Shown one piece after another: positions 22,034 to 32,719 of a stretch of 64,000 nucleotides of DNA (position 1 is the stretch's first letter; every line of letters starts with the position of its first letter). A model generated the notes under the pieces. It ran no database searches. It was not told where the DNA came from and saw only the letters and a list, made by a program, of their open reading frames with translations. This DNA is from Candidatus Poribacteria bacterium (lineage in GTDB: Bacteria; Poribacteria; WGA-4E; PCPOR2b). Position numbers and translations under genes: made by a program. The stretch is from NCBI GenBank assembly GCA_965218095.1, contig OZ244587.1, positions 2,592,001 to 2,656,000 of the forward strand, given 5' to 3'.

Positions 22034-22190
22034 GGTTCCTCCTTGCCAAAATAGAGATGAGAAGAACAAGGGCAGATCTCTCCAGAGACGCCCGACCAGA
22101 TTGATTCGCTTCTCCACAAAGGATAACCGAACTGCCAATATTTTAGCATATTTCCATGGTTTACTCAATATCAGTTTCAAATAGTAAGGC

Positions 22191-22219
22191 TTGAATTTTT
22201 AGCCGATTCGTGCTATACT
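22191..22219 (+). promoter_or_regulatory. Sigma70-type promoter candidate
   Basis: TTGAAT-17 nt-TATACT with extended TG upstream of the 22294 gene. Confidence 0.55.
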
Positions 22220-22293
22220 GAGCGTAACGAATCGACGCCGATGAATCACGTTATCATGATGTACAACTAAATCATTTGAGGAGACCTGAATCA

Positions 22294-24321
22294 ATGAAAA
22301 AATTGATTGCTCTTCTGTTTATTGCCTTTGCTCTCTTTGTATGGAGAGCGAGCGAAACATTCGCCGTGGATTTTTTGAAGCTTGAGCAGGAATTCAGTGG
22401 AAAAGGCTCGACGGGTGGATTTTTTAGCACAAACATTCATGTCGGATTTGACGCCGAAGGAAACATCTACGTCAGCGATGCAGATAGCCGGCTGATACAA
22501 AAGCTATCATCGACCGGCGAGTTCATCATGCAGATCCCCAAAGAGAAGACCGTGGACAACATACTCAGGAAACCGGGTGACATTACCGCCGACGGGGATG
22601 GAAACATCTATGTCGCTGATATAACAGCACACCACATCGAGGAAACTGCGGAACCCAAGATTTATCTGTTTGCCCCGTGTGTTTACAAGTTCAGCCCGAG
22701 CGGGGAATTGATCCACACCTATTTTGTGGATGCGGTCAATGTACGTCCAAAGTACGTTTTACCCGCACGCCTGATTATCGACGAGGAAGGGAAGACAGCA
22801 TTTGGGATTCAGCCGAAAGGGCACGATCGAGAACTTCTCGTTGATGTCAATAGCCAAAACCAACTCTACGTGCTTGATCGGAAAAACGCAACGGTTCACA
22901 AGTTTGACGCAAACGGAGAGACATTGATAGAGTTTGGACGATACGGCGCCGGCAACGGCGAATTTGACAGCGATGCTTCGGACATTGAGATTGATATCGA
23001 AGGAAATGTGCTAATTGCAGATACAGGCAACCACCGTGTAGTCAAGTTTGACGCAGAAGGGCAGTTTATGTTGAGCTTTGGCGAGAAGGGGCGCGGTGAT
23101 GGGGAATTCATTAAACCCATTGTGATCTCTGCTTTAGGGACAGGCGAAATTCTGGTTAAAGATGCCAGCCAGTTCAAACGGTTTTTGGGAAGCCCACTGG
23201 CAAATTTCCTGGAGGTTATTTCTCCATCGGGACAAGGACTTGCCGATGTGTATCCAACGGGCACAGGACTCATCGATTCGGTCATTGATACCGTTCGCTC
23301 GCGGTCTCCCTTACTCAATCAAGATTCGCAACGGTCTGATCTGGACTACCTACATCGGCGCATTCGTTTGCTTGAGGAAGCAGAATATCGCCGCTACCTC
23401 AATGAATTTGCTGATGAAGAAGACGATGAAGATGAGAACAAAAAAGAGGAGGATGAAGATCTCAAAGCAAAGACGATTCGTGAGACAATCTATCACAACG
23501 TCATTGCGCGAGTCCAGCGATTTGATAGTGCGGGCAGGTACAGAGGCCATGTAATCTATGAAATAGACAGGCAGAGCGCAGAAGATCACGATCTCGTTTT
23601 CCTCGCCCTGGATGTATTAGGTCACATCTACCTTCGCGATGAAAGTGATTTGACCATTCGCCAATATTCCATCGAAGGGTTTACGATCAAGCCGTCACAC
23701 ATGAATGCGATTTATAACACCAGGGCAATCAACGTTGACAATGATTTCACGGAAGATTATGAAGATATCGATGCCGAAGCTGACGTTGATGATAAATTGA
23801 ATCAGTTGCGGTTGAGCAACTCCTTCCTCTGGACGTATAACCTTTCGGAACGCTGGAACTTGACGTTTGTTGATGTTTTCATCTATGGAGAGCAGGATGA
23901 ACGCTATATCACGCCACCGAAGCAAGAAGATAGCTACAAGTTCGATACAGAAACGCTGACGAATACCTTCGCAGCGAATCTGAAATTTATTACAAACCCC
24001 AATCCCTACCGCTACAAGGAGCTTAATCTGTACGCTGAACGGATTGACGGCACAACAGAGCTCCATCAAAACGCTATCTTTCAAGATCTGAACAGACAAG
24101 GTCAGGAGGGTGAGGGTGATGCAAGTTCCCTGGCTGTGGGACTAAATTGGGATGTACTTACGAACGTCAATCTATGGCTGGAATACTCAGATCTCAATCC
24201 AGCGCAAACCAGCCGTAACTTTGTTCGCCGTTTCTTCGATGTTTCAGGCAATCTCTACGAAGTCTTTAGCAGCCGCAATCAGGCAAAACAGTATTTAGGT
24301 GAATTGACGATTAAGTTTTGA
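22294..24321 (+). CDS. Secreted NHL-repeat protein with probable C-terminal outer-membrane beta-barrel
   Basis: Signal peptide; GNIYVSD / GNIYVAD / IADTGNHRVVKFD repeats; alternating beta-strands ending GELTIKF. Confidence 0.7.
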   Translation: MKKLIALLFIAFALFVWRASETFAVDFLKLEQEFSGKGSTGGFFSTNIHVGFDAEGNIYVSDADSRLIQKLSSTGEFIMQIPKEKTVDNILRKPGDITADGDGNIYVADITAHHIEETAEPKIYLFAPCVYKFSPSGELIHTYFVDAVNVRPKYVLPARLIIDEEGKTAFGIQPKGHDRELLVDVNSQNQLYVLDRKNATVHKFDANGETLIEFGRYGAGNGEFDSDASDIEIDIEGNVLIADTGNHRVVKFDAEGQFMLSFGEKGRGDGEFIKPIVISALGTGEILVKDASQFKRFLGSPLANFLEVISPSGQGLADVYPTGTGLIDSVIDTVRSRSPLLNQDSQRSDLDYLHRRIRLLEEAEYRRYLNEFADEEDDEDENKKEEDEDLKAKTIRETIYHNVIARVQRFDSAGRYRGHVIYEIDRQSAEDHDLVFLALDVLGHIYLRDESDLTIRQYSIEGFTIKPSHMNAIYNTRAINVDNDFTEDYEDIDAEADVDDKLNQLRLSNSFLWTYNLSERWNLTFVDVFIYGEQDERYITPPKQEDSYKFDTETLTNTFAANLKFITNPNPYRYKELNLYAERIDGTTELHQNAIFQDLNRQGQEGEGDASSLAVGLNWDVLTNVNLWLEYSDLNPAQTSRNFVRRFFDVSGNLYEVFSSRNQAKQYLGELTIKF

Positions 24322-24354
24322 AGCCTTCATCAGCCAGATTCAGAGGAGAAAATC

Positions 24355-25134
24355 ATGGATACCGTAAACGACTTTGACTTCAAACGAAGAAAGTACATGC
24401 CAATTTTTCCAAGAGCAAGCGGAAAGCCCACCATTTACATCGAAGGCTATCCTTCGGAGGACAATGAACCCATGTCCGCAACAGGATTTCATGACGAGCA
24501 GATTACCACGCTCAGCGACCAACTCAAGCGGTACTTTGGGGAGGCGAACTTCGTTTATGTTGGCGTTGATAATTTTGTCTACTATCGGGAGGGAGCCCTT
24601 AGAAAATTCGTGGCGCCCGATATTTACGTCGTCTTTGGTGTCGAGAAGTTTCCCCGACAGCGAAGTTTTTACACCTGGGCGGAAGGGATTGCCCCTGCGG
24701 TTGTGTTTGAGTTTCTTTCCGACTCAACAGCGGCTCACAATCGCGGCGACAAGATGAGACAATACCTAGTTGACATCGGGGTTGGTGAGTATTTTATCCA
24801 TCAACCGGAAGGCGACAAGCACCCAGAGTTTCGCGGCTGGCGTCGAAGTCCGTCCGGTGAAATTGAGGAAATTGCCCCCGATGCCCAAGGCGGATTGTTT
24901 AGCCGTGTCCTGAATCTCTGGCTCCGCTGGGAAGATTAACCGGACGGACTTCGGCTGCTACGCCCGTATTTGCCCGATGGAACGCCAATCACAACCTCCC
25001 ACGAAGAAGCCCAACGCCGACAACAGGCGGAAGCGATTGCCGAAGAAGAAGCCCAACACCGACGACAGCTTGAATCCGAATTAGAACAACTCCGTGCCGA
25101 ACTCGCTGTCCTACAGGGCGAAGAATCCCAATAA
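24355..25134 (+). pseudogene. Uma2-family endonuclease with in-frame TAA at 24937-24939
   Basis: APDIYVVFGV, VFEFLSDST, EYFIH; reads on WED*PDGLRLLRP into a coiled-coil tail. Confidence 0.85.
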
Positions 25135-25153
25135 GATCCAAACAAAGACGCAG

Positions 25154-25410
25154 ATGCAAACGACACAATTTCCATTCATACGGGTTTCAGGTACACCCTA
25201 CGAGATGGGCACCCAACATGGCGAACAGGCAAAGCCTTAAATCGATTGTTTCCTCGATCTGCCCATCGGTAATCGAGATCGGGAGGACATTCTGAGTCGC
25301 ACAGATGCTTTTGCCCCGCTCTTTGAAAAATATGTCCCCGATCTTGTTGAGGAAATACGCGGGCTCGCTGAAGGGGCACAGATCTCGTTTAAGGAAGCCC
25401 TACTCCTTTG
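25154..25410 (+). pseudogene. Peptidase C45 (Ntn acyltransferase) N-terminal remnant
   Basis: VSGTPYEMGTQHGEQ and PDLVEEIRGLAEGA with stop and frameshift. Confidence 0.65.
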
Positions 25411-25523
25411 GAAAATTCTATGTCGGCTGCGGTAATCCGTGCCAGAGACAATTTCATACTTACGGCATCAATGATGCGTGATGCGTAGAACCTAAACAAT
25501 TTTTCAAATGAAAGGAAAAAACA

Positions 25524-26489
25524 ATGTCCAAAAAACAGAAACGATTCATCAAACTTTTCGTCCTCACCTGTTCGGCAATGGTGCTGATCACGCTGACGGC
25601 AACGTGGACGATCACGCAAGAATCCGACTGGTATCCCTCCAAATGGGGGAAAGACGATCAACGCGGCGCGGCAAACCTCTTGACACCTGTGAAGGTCTTA
25701 GAGGCTGCCAGCCTGATTAAGGAAGGAAAGGTTTACCAGTTAGGTCGAGTCTACGAAGCTGGCATACCGTTGTTCGGTACACGCCACTTCAGTTTGCAGA
25801 TTCCCCAAACTTCGGGCCCGCTCGGTGAGAATAAAATCACATGGCACGAGGAAATTGTCAGTGGTGAAATAGGCCAGGTTGGGACCCAATTTGATGGATT
25901 AGGTCACGTCGGCATCGGCGATCTCTACTACAACGGGTTTAATCGACACGAGTTTGCCAAAGCTGGGGGGCTGACGAAACTCGGTGTAGAGCATGCCGGC
26001 GTCTTCGTCACCCGTGGGGTGTTAATTGACGTTGCCGGCTACAAAGGCGTCGAGTACCTGGAGGGTCGCTACGAAATCACCGCCGCCGATCTGAAGGGTG
26101 CACTCAAAAATCAAGGCGTTGAGATTACGCCAGGCGATGTTGTCGTGATTCATACCGGATGGGGAAAGAAATTTTGGATGACGGATAACGATCGATACAA
26201 CGGGTCGGAGCCCGGCATCGGTCTGGAAGCCGGTCAGTATTTAGTTGACCAACAGGTTGTGATGACCTGCGCGGATACATGGGGAATCGAAGTGGTCCCG
26301 AATCCCGATAAATCGCTGGCGTTTCCTGTTCATCAACTGCTTTTGGTGGAAAATGGTATGTACAACCTTGAGAACATCATCACCGAGCAGCTCGCCACGG
26401 ATAAGGTCTACGAATTCGCCTTTATCTATGCGCCACTGAGACTCAAAGGTGCAACCGGCTCGCCGGGCAATCCAATTGCCATTCGGTAG
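25524..26489 (+). CDS. Cyclase family (kynurenine formamidase-like), exported
   Basis: WGKDDQRGAAN, GTQFDGLGH, TRGVLID, HTGW, GATGSP. Confidence 0.9.
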   Translation: MSKKQKRFIKLFVLTCSAMVLITLTATWTITQESDWYPSKWGKDDQRGAANLLTPVKVLEAASLIKEGKVYQLGRVYEAGIPLFGTRHFSLQIPQTSGPLGENKITWHEEIVSGEIGQVGTQFDGLGHVGIGDLYYNGFNRHEFAKAGGLTKLGVEHAGVFVTRGVLIDVAGYKGVEYLEGRYEITAADLKGALKNQGVEITPGDVVVIHTGWGKKFWMTDNDRYNGSEPGIGLEAGQYLVDQQVVMTCADTWGIEVVPNPDKSLAFPVHQLLLVENGMYNLENIITEQLATDKVYEFAFIYAPLRLKGATGSPGNPIAIR

Positions 26490-26697
26490 AATGAGGAAAG
26501 GAAGAATTGGAAGGAGGGACGGCAATCCTTCCATCCTTCCAATCACTTCACGTTTTGCGGGTTGCGGTGAATGTATAATACTCATACAACAATTTTACAG
26601 GTTGACAGGTGGGTAGTATAGGATAATAATTCGGCATGTTGGGTAGTATTTGTGCATGTAGCGACCAGGTGCAGCTTAACACCTGTCCCAACTTCTG

Positions 26698-27840
26698 TCA
26701 AGTCACAAGTTCGTAAACCATGATATTCTCCCACTTGTTCTTCGATCGGTGGGTGCCAACACGCTCCTTGAAGCGATTCACAACGGCCAATCCCGCATCT
26801 CCGATCATCGCTTCCAGATTGGAGATTGCTTTTGTGCCGGAGGCATCCGCGTATCCGATTAGAAGATGCCCCCCTGCTTTGAGATAGCCAGGAACCTCGC
26901 GGAAGAACGTCCGGAGTGTGCGCTGTTTCTCATCGTGGATGGCGATTTCCGCCCGACTCCGTACTCGTGAGACCACCCACGGGGCGTTGAAAATGATGAG
27001 GTCAAAACAGAGTCCGGATACCGGCTGGAAGAGATCCCCCGCTGGCATGACATTGATTTGTGAAGGAAAACTGTGAATATCGCTGAAACGCTGGACGTTC
27101 AACCGACTTGTTGCAACCGCCTCGGGCAGCAGATCTGAGGCGTAGATTCTCGCAGCTTGATTGCCCAATTCCTGCGCGGCGAGTAGGGTGAGAGACCCGC
27201 AGCCACAGCCCATATCGAGCACTGTCGCTTTGGGCGGCAGGTACACGTTGACGCTTCGCAGCCCATGCTGAAAGAGTCCGATCGTTTCTTGAGAATGGGG
27301 TGGAAGTACATTTTCTGACGCAAGCAGTGACATACCGAGGGCGTGAACCGGATAGGTTTCTGCGAGGGCGTTTTGGATTTTCTGGAGCGTGACAATGGGG
27401 ATTAAGAATGGACACGCCTCGTTTGCCCTCGGATTTTCCCCGACCAACTCCAAGAGATATGGCAGGTCTGGTGGCGGGTCTACCTGCAAGATGCCGGTTT
27501 CATCTGCCCAGCACATCAAGCGTGACGTTGGGTCTGCCTGTTCTTGCACCGATGTGCGTCTGGAATTCGATTTGGTGTTCCGTTTCCCTTTTGATCGCTG
27601 CGATGGACGAGTCAACTCTTTCTGTTTCCGCTCGATATATGTCATCACTGCTGTCACTTGTTCCCATTCACCCGACAGAATCGGCACACCACCACGCCGA
27701 AGGTGGGTGAAGATCCGATTCAGGCGCCCGAGCTCGTGGCTTGTGAATAGCTTCAGCGGGGCGTCGTCGGGGGCAATCTCTCGAAATTGCGTCGGTACGT
27801 AAATATCACCGATGCCGTTGACTCGGTAGAATGGCGACAT
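26698..27840 (-). CDS. Class I SAM-dependent methyltransferase (MTS/HemK-like)
   Basis: LDMGCGCG, GDLF, FDLIIFNAPW. Confidence 0.8.
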   Translation of the reverse strand: MSPFYRVNGIGDIYVPTQFREIAPDDAPLKLFTSHELGRLNRIFTHLRRGGVPILSGEWEQVTAVMTYIERKQKELTRPSQRSKGKRNTKSNSRRTSVQEQADPTSRLMCWADETGILQVDPPPDLPYLLELVGENPRANEACPFLIPIVTLQKIQNALAETYPVHALGMSLLASENVLPPHSQETIGLFQHGLRSVNVYLPPKATVLDMGCGCGSLTLLAAQELGNQAARIYASDLLPEAVATSRLNVQRFSDIHSFPSQINVMPAGDLFQPVSGLCFDLIIFNAPWVVSRVRSRAEIAIHDEKQRTLRTFFREVPGYLKAGGHLLIGYADASGTKAISNLEAMIGDAGLAVVNRFKERVGTHRSKNKWENIMVYELVT

Positions 27841-27889
27841 AGTATTTCGTAAAACGTGATGCGTAAAACGTAAAGACCCTGCGCACTAA

Positions 27890-29215
27890 CTAACCAGCCA
27901 GAATATACCGAACTACAAAAAGCAGGGCGAAGAGATAGATCAGCCAATGCACCTGTTTTCCTTGACCGCTTACCAGTTTCAGAAGCGTGTAGGAGATAAA
28001 CCCAAACGCGATTCCCTCTGTGATGCTGAAGGTGAGGGGCATCATCAAGAGCGTCAAGAATGCAGGGATGGCCTCTGTCACGTTGTCCCAATCGATGTGG
28101 ACAACGTTTTTGAGCATCAGGCTCCCAACGATAATCAGCGCGGGAGCGATGATAGGATAGAGGAACGCATTTTCGCCAATTTGGCACCCCGCCCCGACCA
28201 TCTTGATGAGTGGGTTGAAGAACAACGCGAGCAGCATCAGTGCCGCCGTCACCATGTTGGTTAAGCCGGTGCGACCGCCCACAGAAATCCCCGACGCACT
28301 TTCGATGTAACTAGTGACGGTTGATGTGCCGAGCAGCGCACCGGCGCTTGTGGCAACCGCATCGGACAGCAGCGCCTGTCGCGCTTTCGGTAATTTGCCA
28401 TTGACCATCAAGCCCGCTTATTGACTGACACCGACTAGTGTTCCGACAGTATCGAACAGATCCAGGAAGATGAAGATAAAAATTACCGAATTCATTTTCT
28501 GGTCTACGAGAATGTTCGGGATTTGGAGTTTAAGGAAGGTGGGACCGATGGACGGCGGAGTGTCAACAAAGCCTTGAAATTTAACCATGCCGGTGATGAG
28601 CCCAACAACCGTTGAAGCGAGGATGCCGATCAGGATTGCACCGCGCACTTTTAGGGCGAACAGGATAGCGATCACGACTACTCCGAATAACGAGAGCAAT
28701 GCCGGAGGCGATTTCAGATCGCCGAGGGTGACATAGGTCGCCGGATGGCCAACGATAAGCCCTGCCCATTCTAAGCCCACAAGTGCGATGAGCAACCCAA
28801 TTCCAGCAGGGATAGCGTTCCTCAACGAAACAGGCAGAATAGTCATCACCTTTTCACGCAGACCGACAAAGAAGAGCAGAATAAACAGCACACCTGCAAT
28901 AAAAACGGCACCGAGCGCGTTTTGCCACGATACACCGAGGGTGAGACAGACCGTGAAGGTGAAGTAGAAGTTATGTCCCATCCCCGGTGCAAGGGCAATG
29001 GGATAGTCGGCGAGGAGTGCCATCAGCACCATTGCCAATGCACTTGTGATGCAGGTTGCCGCCATTACTGCACCCGGATCCATCCCCGCTGCTGACAGCA
29101 CCGCCGGCTGGACGAAGATGATATACGAAAGTGTCATGAACGTTGTGCAGCCTGCAACGATTTCACGTTTGACAGTTGTTCCTGACTCTTGTAAGTGGAA
29201 CAATTTTTCGAGCAT
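27890..29215 (-). pseudogene. AzgA/NCS2 purine permease with in-frame TAA at 28418-28420
   Basis: AGCTTFMTLSYI, LAPGMG, FDTVGTL..SQ*AGL..TSYIESASG, GGRTGL. Confidence 0.9.
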
Positions 29216-29233
29216 CAGTTACTTCCTTGATGA

Positions 29234-29875
29234 TTATTCAAGAATCACTTTTCTAAATGTTAGCGATACCCTACGCTGCCTCTCATACGTTTGACCAGTC
29301 CATGTATCGGATTTTCTGGGGGCGATACCGTGCAACCATCCATACCTAGCTTCATCTTTCAACACAATAATACTTCTTGGTGCAAGCCAGACAGGAATCT
29401 TTTTTGCCTTGTCCCGTTTGTTTGTAAAATCCATAATACAACCTGAACCCAAACTCAAAGAGACAATCATATTCGCAAAACAAGGTTCGCAATCAATGTG
29501 ACTGGAAATCCCTTGCCCTGGCTCGTACTCATTGACAATAACCTGATCTGGTTCTGCTGCCATGTAATCATCTTCGTACAGTTTTCGACCAAGTTTTTGC
29601 AGCCACTCTGGTAACTGACCAATACGCATATCATGATTGACCTTCCGCGCTTTATAGTCGTACTTGAAACCATAATGCTGAACACGCCGCTTTAGATCTT
29701 CGAGCCATTGGTGTTTGTCAATCTGATCTAACAACCAATTATGCTCGCTTTTATCAATGTAGTCTTCTATGTATTTGAATCCTCTGATTGCATCAATAAC
29801 TTCCTTATTGTTTGGAGAAGGTTGTGGCAGAGGAGATTGTTGGTCAGTAAGGGTAAAGAGGTCTAGTTGTGCCAT
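29234..29875 (-). CDS. AlkB-family 2OG-Fe(II) dioxygenase with N-terminal QLDLF motif
   Basis: RRVQHYG..YDY, VNEYEPGQGISSHID, WLHGI, RRVSLTFR. Confidence 0.9.
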   Translation of the reverse strand: MAQLDLFTLTDQQSPLPQPSPNNKEVIDAIRGFKYIEDYIDKSEHNWLLDQIDKHQWLEDLKRRVQHYGFKYDYKARKVNHDMRIGQLPEWLQKLGRKLYEDDYMAAEPDQVIVNEYEPGQGISSHIDCEPCFANMIVSLSLGSGCIMDFTNKRDKAKKIPVWLAPRSIIVLKDEARYGWLHGIAPRKSDTWTGQTYERQRRVSLTFRKVILE

Positions 29876-29899
29876 TGGTCTGCCCTCCTTAAGTCGATT

Positions 29900-30778
29900 T
29901 TATCCGTTGAAAAGTATATCATAGTAAACATTGGCATTTCGAGGTAAACTAGTTGTTAGACTATCATAACGAAACCGCTGGATATTTGATTGGGTTACTA
30001 CACTTCTGAATCCCGAAAGGTTAGCTTTGAGGGTTTCCCAATTTGCGCGCAGTGATGAGGAATTGGGATTCTGATACACTATGCACATATTATGTTTACT
30101 ATATTTTTCCATAACCTGAACTATTACATCAGATAAGTCATTGATGTTTAACGTCCGGCTTGCAAGGAAGTAGCAGAAGTTAAAGATAATCGGTATCTTA
30201 TCATCCCATGTTAGAGAAGTATCCAATAGCTCAGTCAATTGGCTGTAGTCGCTAATTGTTTCAAATCTGCTAAAGAAGGAACTTCCATATTGATTAGGAC
30301 CATATTGGTCGATTTCCTGTGCCTTATTACGCATTGCTCGTGAATACTCAACTCCTAAATAAATGCTGTTGAGCATCCTTGCAAAAGTCCAAAACGCAAT
30401 ACCTGAAGTTAATGGCCCACACCCAAAGTCAATAAAAACAATTTTATTGATTACCGATATGAAGTGAGTTCTAAAGAACCATGCATGAAGACGAAATATA
30501 TGATAAGAGCTGACAAGGTGCATAGGCATATAATGAGCGCAATAAATTAACACCTTATCTTCTGGAGTAAGTCCATTAAAGGGCTCATCAATATTGGTTC
30601 TCCCTCGGTCCAGGATGATTTCTCTATGGTAGGTTTCACTTCTATTTTTCACCTCGTTTTGCCATGCTTGCGTCGGCGGATGATTGTTAATTGGCTGTTT
30701 GACCAGATTTTCAAACAATCCGCTTAGACTTCCACTGAACGCATATCTATTGCCTGAATAGTTTTGTATGTAGCGCAT
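29900..30778 (-). CDS. Uncharacterised SAM-methyltransferase-fold protein, AT-rich
   Basis: Motif I-like FIDFGCGP, motif II-like YLGVE..AM; RBS upstream. Confidence 0.6.
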   Translation of the reverse strand: MRYIQNYSGNRYAFSGSLSGLFENLVKQPINNHPPTQAWQNEVKNRSETYHREIILDRGRTNIDEPFNGLTPEDKVLIYCAHYMPMHLVSSYHIFRLHAWFFRTHFISVINKIVFIDFGCGPLTSGIAFWTFARMLNSIYLGVEYSRAMRNKAQEIDQYGPNQYGSSFFSRFETISDYSQLTELLDTSLTWDDKIPIIFNFCYFLASRTLNINDLSDVIVQVMEKYSKHNMCIVYQNPNSSSLRANWETLKANLSGFRSVVTQSNIQRFRYDSLTTSLPRNANVYYDILFNG

Positions 30779-30803
30779 GTTTTGGACTTATCCTCTACCT
30801 TAC

Positions 30804-32231
30804 TTAAGGTTGCCTGTTTTGCGTCAACTGCTCCAATAAATTCTCCAATCCCGGACTCAAAACAACAGGATATTTTTCCGCTTCTGTCAACCTTTTATAG
30901 GGTTCAGGCAATTTCGCTAGCTCAGCCTTCGCTTTTACCTGCATTTCCGCTGAGTCAGGGAATGAATAGACTAACTCTCCCTTACGAACCACCGGCACTA
31001 GCAGCGGCTCGCTTCCCTGCAAATCTTCATCCCAGAGGCTGATCACATCTTTAATGTAGTTTCCGTCAGCATCGCATAAGCGATGGAGCTGCTTCCTACC
31101 CGGAAGGGTTGATTTGCTTGTGTCTTCGCTTAATTTCATCGTGCTGGTCGCTTCCTTGCCCTCGATCCGCTCGACATGCTTGTAGACGCCAGGCAGCGCA
31201 GATGGACCGCCTTCACCCGTCAGCGAATTAAAATTCGCCCCCGTCGCCAAACGGGTACCGACGCCAAAGCCGTCAATCGGGGCGCCTGCTTGTAGTAATC
31301 GATCAATCTGAAATTCGTCGAGATCGTTGCTGGCAAAAATTTCGACGTCGTTGAATCCCGCCTCATCAAAGATCTCTCTCGCTGCCTTGCTGAGTGTGAG
31401 CAGATCGCCGCTGTCAAGCCGAACCCCTCTCAGCTGTTCGCCCCTTGCCTGCATCTCTACCCCAACGATGCAGGCGTTTTTTGCTCCCTGAATCGTGTCA
31501 TAGGTGTCAATTAGCAAGAGGGTGTTATAGGGAAAAGATTGGGCATAATCGCGAAACGCCTCTAACTCGGACGGGCGGTCCAGAATGAATTTGTGCGCGA
31601 TTGTCCCGACGTAAGGGATATTGAAGTATTGCCCGGCGATCACCAGGGACGTCCCAGCGGCGCCACCGACGAATGACGCCCGTGCTGCCAAGATGCCGGC
31701 ATCTCGCCCATGCGCCCTTCGCGCCCCGAAATCGAAGCAGGTTCGTCCGCGCGCCGCATGAACGATTCGCGCCATCTTCGTGGCAATCAATGTCTGGAAA
31801 TTCATCACACTAAGAAGATAGGTCTCGAAGAACTGCACGTCGATCGATCGACCCTTAACGTTGATCAGCGGCTCGTTGGCGAATACGGGTGTCCCTTCAG
31901 GTACTGCGGAGACATCACCATCAAATTTGAACTCGCTCAGGTAATCGAGGAAATCATCGCTCATATCCGGCGTTGCCTTGCTTTCCTTCAACCACCTCAA
32001 ATCTGCATCCGTAAAGCGCAGGTTCAAGATGTAGTGGATAACCTGCTCTAATCCTGCCACTATCAGATACTCCCCCTGCGGGATGGAGCGGACAAAGTAG
32101 TTCTCAGTGCAGATTGCGTTGTTCCCACTGTCAAAATCCGCCTTGCCCATCGTGAACTCGTAATAGTCCGTGAACAACGCCATATTCGATTCGGTGAGGA
32201 GTCCGGATTGGGGTGCTTTCGCCATAGTCAT
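30804..32231 (-). CDS. pncB: Nicotinate phosphoribosyltransferase
   Basis: LFTDYYEFTM, DFGARRAH, GTIAH, LIDTYD, RLDSGD, FGVGT. Confidence 0.93.
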   Translation of the reverse strand: MTMAKAPQSGLLTESNMALFTDYYEFTMGKADFDSGNNAICTENYFVRSIPQGEYLIVAGLEQVIHYILNLRFTDADLRWLKESKATPDMSDDFLDYLSEFKFDGDVSAVPEGTPVFANEPLINVKGRSIDVQFFETYLLSVMNFQTLIATKMARIVHAARGRTCFDFGARRAHGRDAGILAARASFVGGAAGTSLVIAGQYFNIPYVGTIAHKFILDRPSELEAFRDYAQSFPYNTLLLIDTYDTIQGAKNACIVGVEMQARGEQLRGVRLDSGDLLTLSKAAREIFDEAGFNDVEIFASNDLDEFQIDRLLQAGAPIDGFGVGTRLATGANFNSLTGEGGPSALPGVYKHVERIEGKEATSTMKLSEDTSKSTLPGRKQLHRLCDADGNYIKDVISLWDEDLQGSEPLLVPVVRKGELVYSFPDSAEMQVKAKAELAKLPEPYKRLTEAEKYPVVLSPGLENLLEQLTQNRQP

Positions 32232-32387
32232 TGTGCCTTTTTTGCAAAAAATACGAGTTTTTTCACTTGTGGGTGAAGTAAAATATGTCCGATTTTCGGA
32301 CGAGCACTGCCAGTTGAGATGAGCGAAATCCCGCGTAGCGGGGCTTGTTTTTAAGGACATGCACCCCCTGAACAAGTAAGTCCGTCC

Positions 32388-32633
32388 TCAAATCATCTCA
32401 TAACGAATATCAATGCTCATTCTACCCTCCAAGGCTTCGGTGAGTATTGTAAGCAATTCCTCATCACAACCGTTCTCTGCGAGGAAACCCAGGGTCTCTG
32501 CGTCAATATAATAATCCTGATCCTCGACGCCTTCCTCCTCAAGGTTATCAATGAGAAGCTGCACTTGATCTTCGGTAATCATCCCGAGTCTCTGGTCATT
32601 TTCGAGGTCTATTAGTCTATACATTTGGTTCAT
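32388..32633 (-). CDS. Small acidic hypothetical protein
   Basis: LIDNLEEE..DQDYYID; coding-like composition. Confidence 0.7.
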   Translation of the reverse strand: MNQMYRLIDLENDQRLGMITEDQVQLLIDNLEEEGVEDQDYYIDAETLGFLAENGCDEELLTILTEALEGRMSIDIRYEMI

Positions 32634-32673
32634 ATGAACTCATTGCGGGTAGTTTCTTGGAAGTCTAATAGAG

Positions 32674-32719
32674 CGAAGGGAAGCATCTCTTCTTAAGGTG
32701 CAAGAGATGCTTCCCTTCG
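32674..32719. terminator. 18-bp perfect hairpin in divergent intergenic region
   Basis: CGAAGGGAAGCATCTCTT-10 nt-AAGAGATGCTTCCCTTCG; weak U-tract. Confidence 0.5.
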
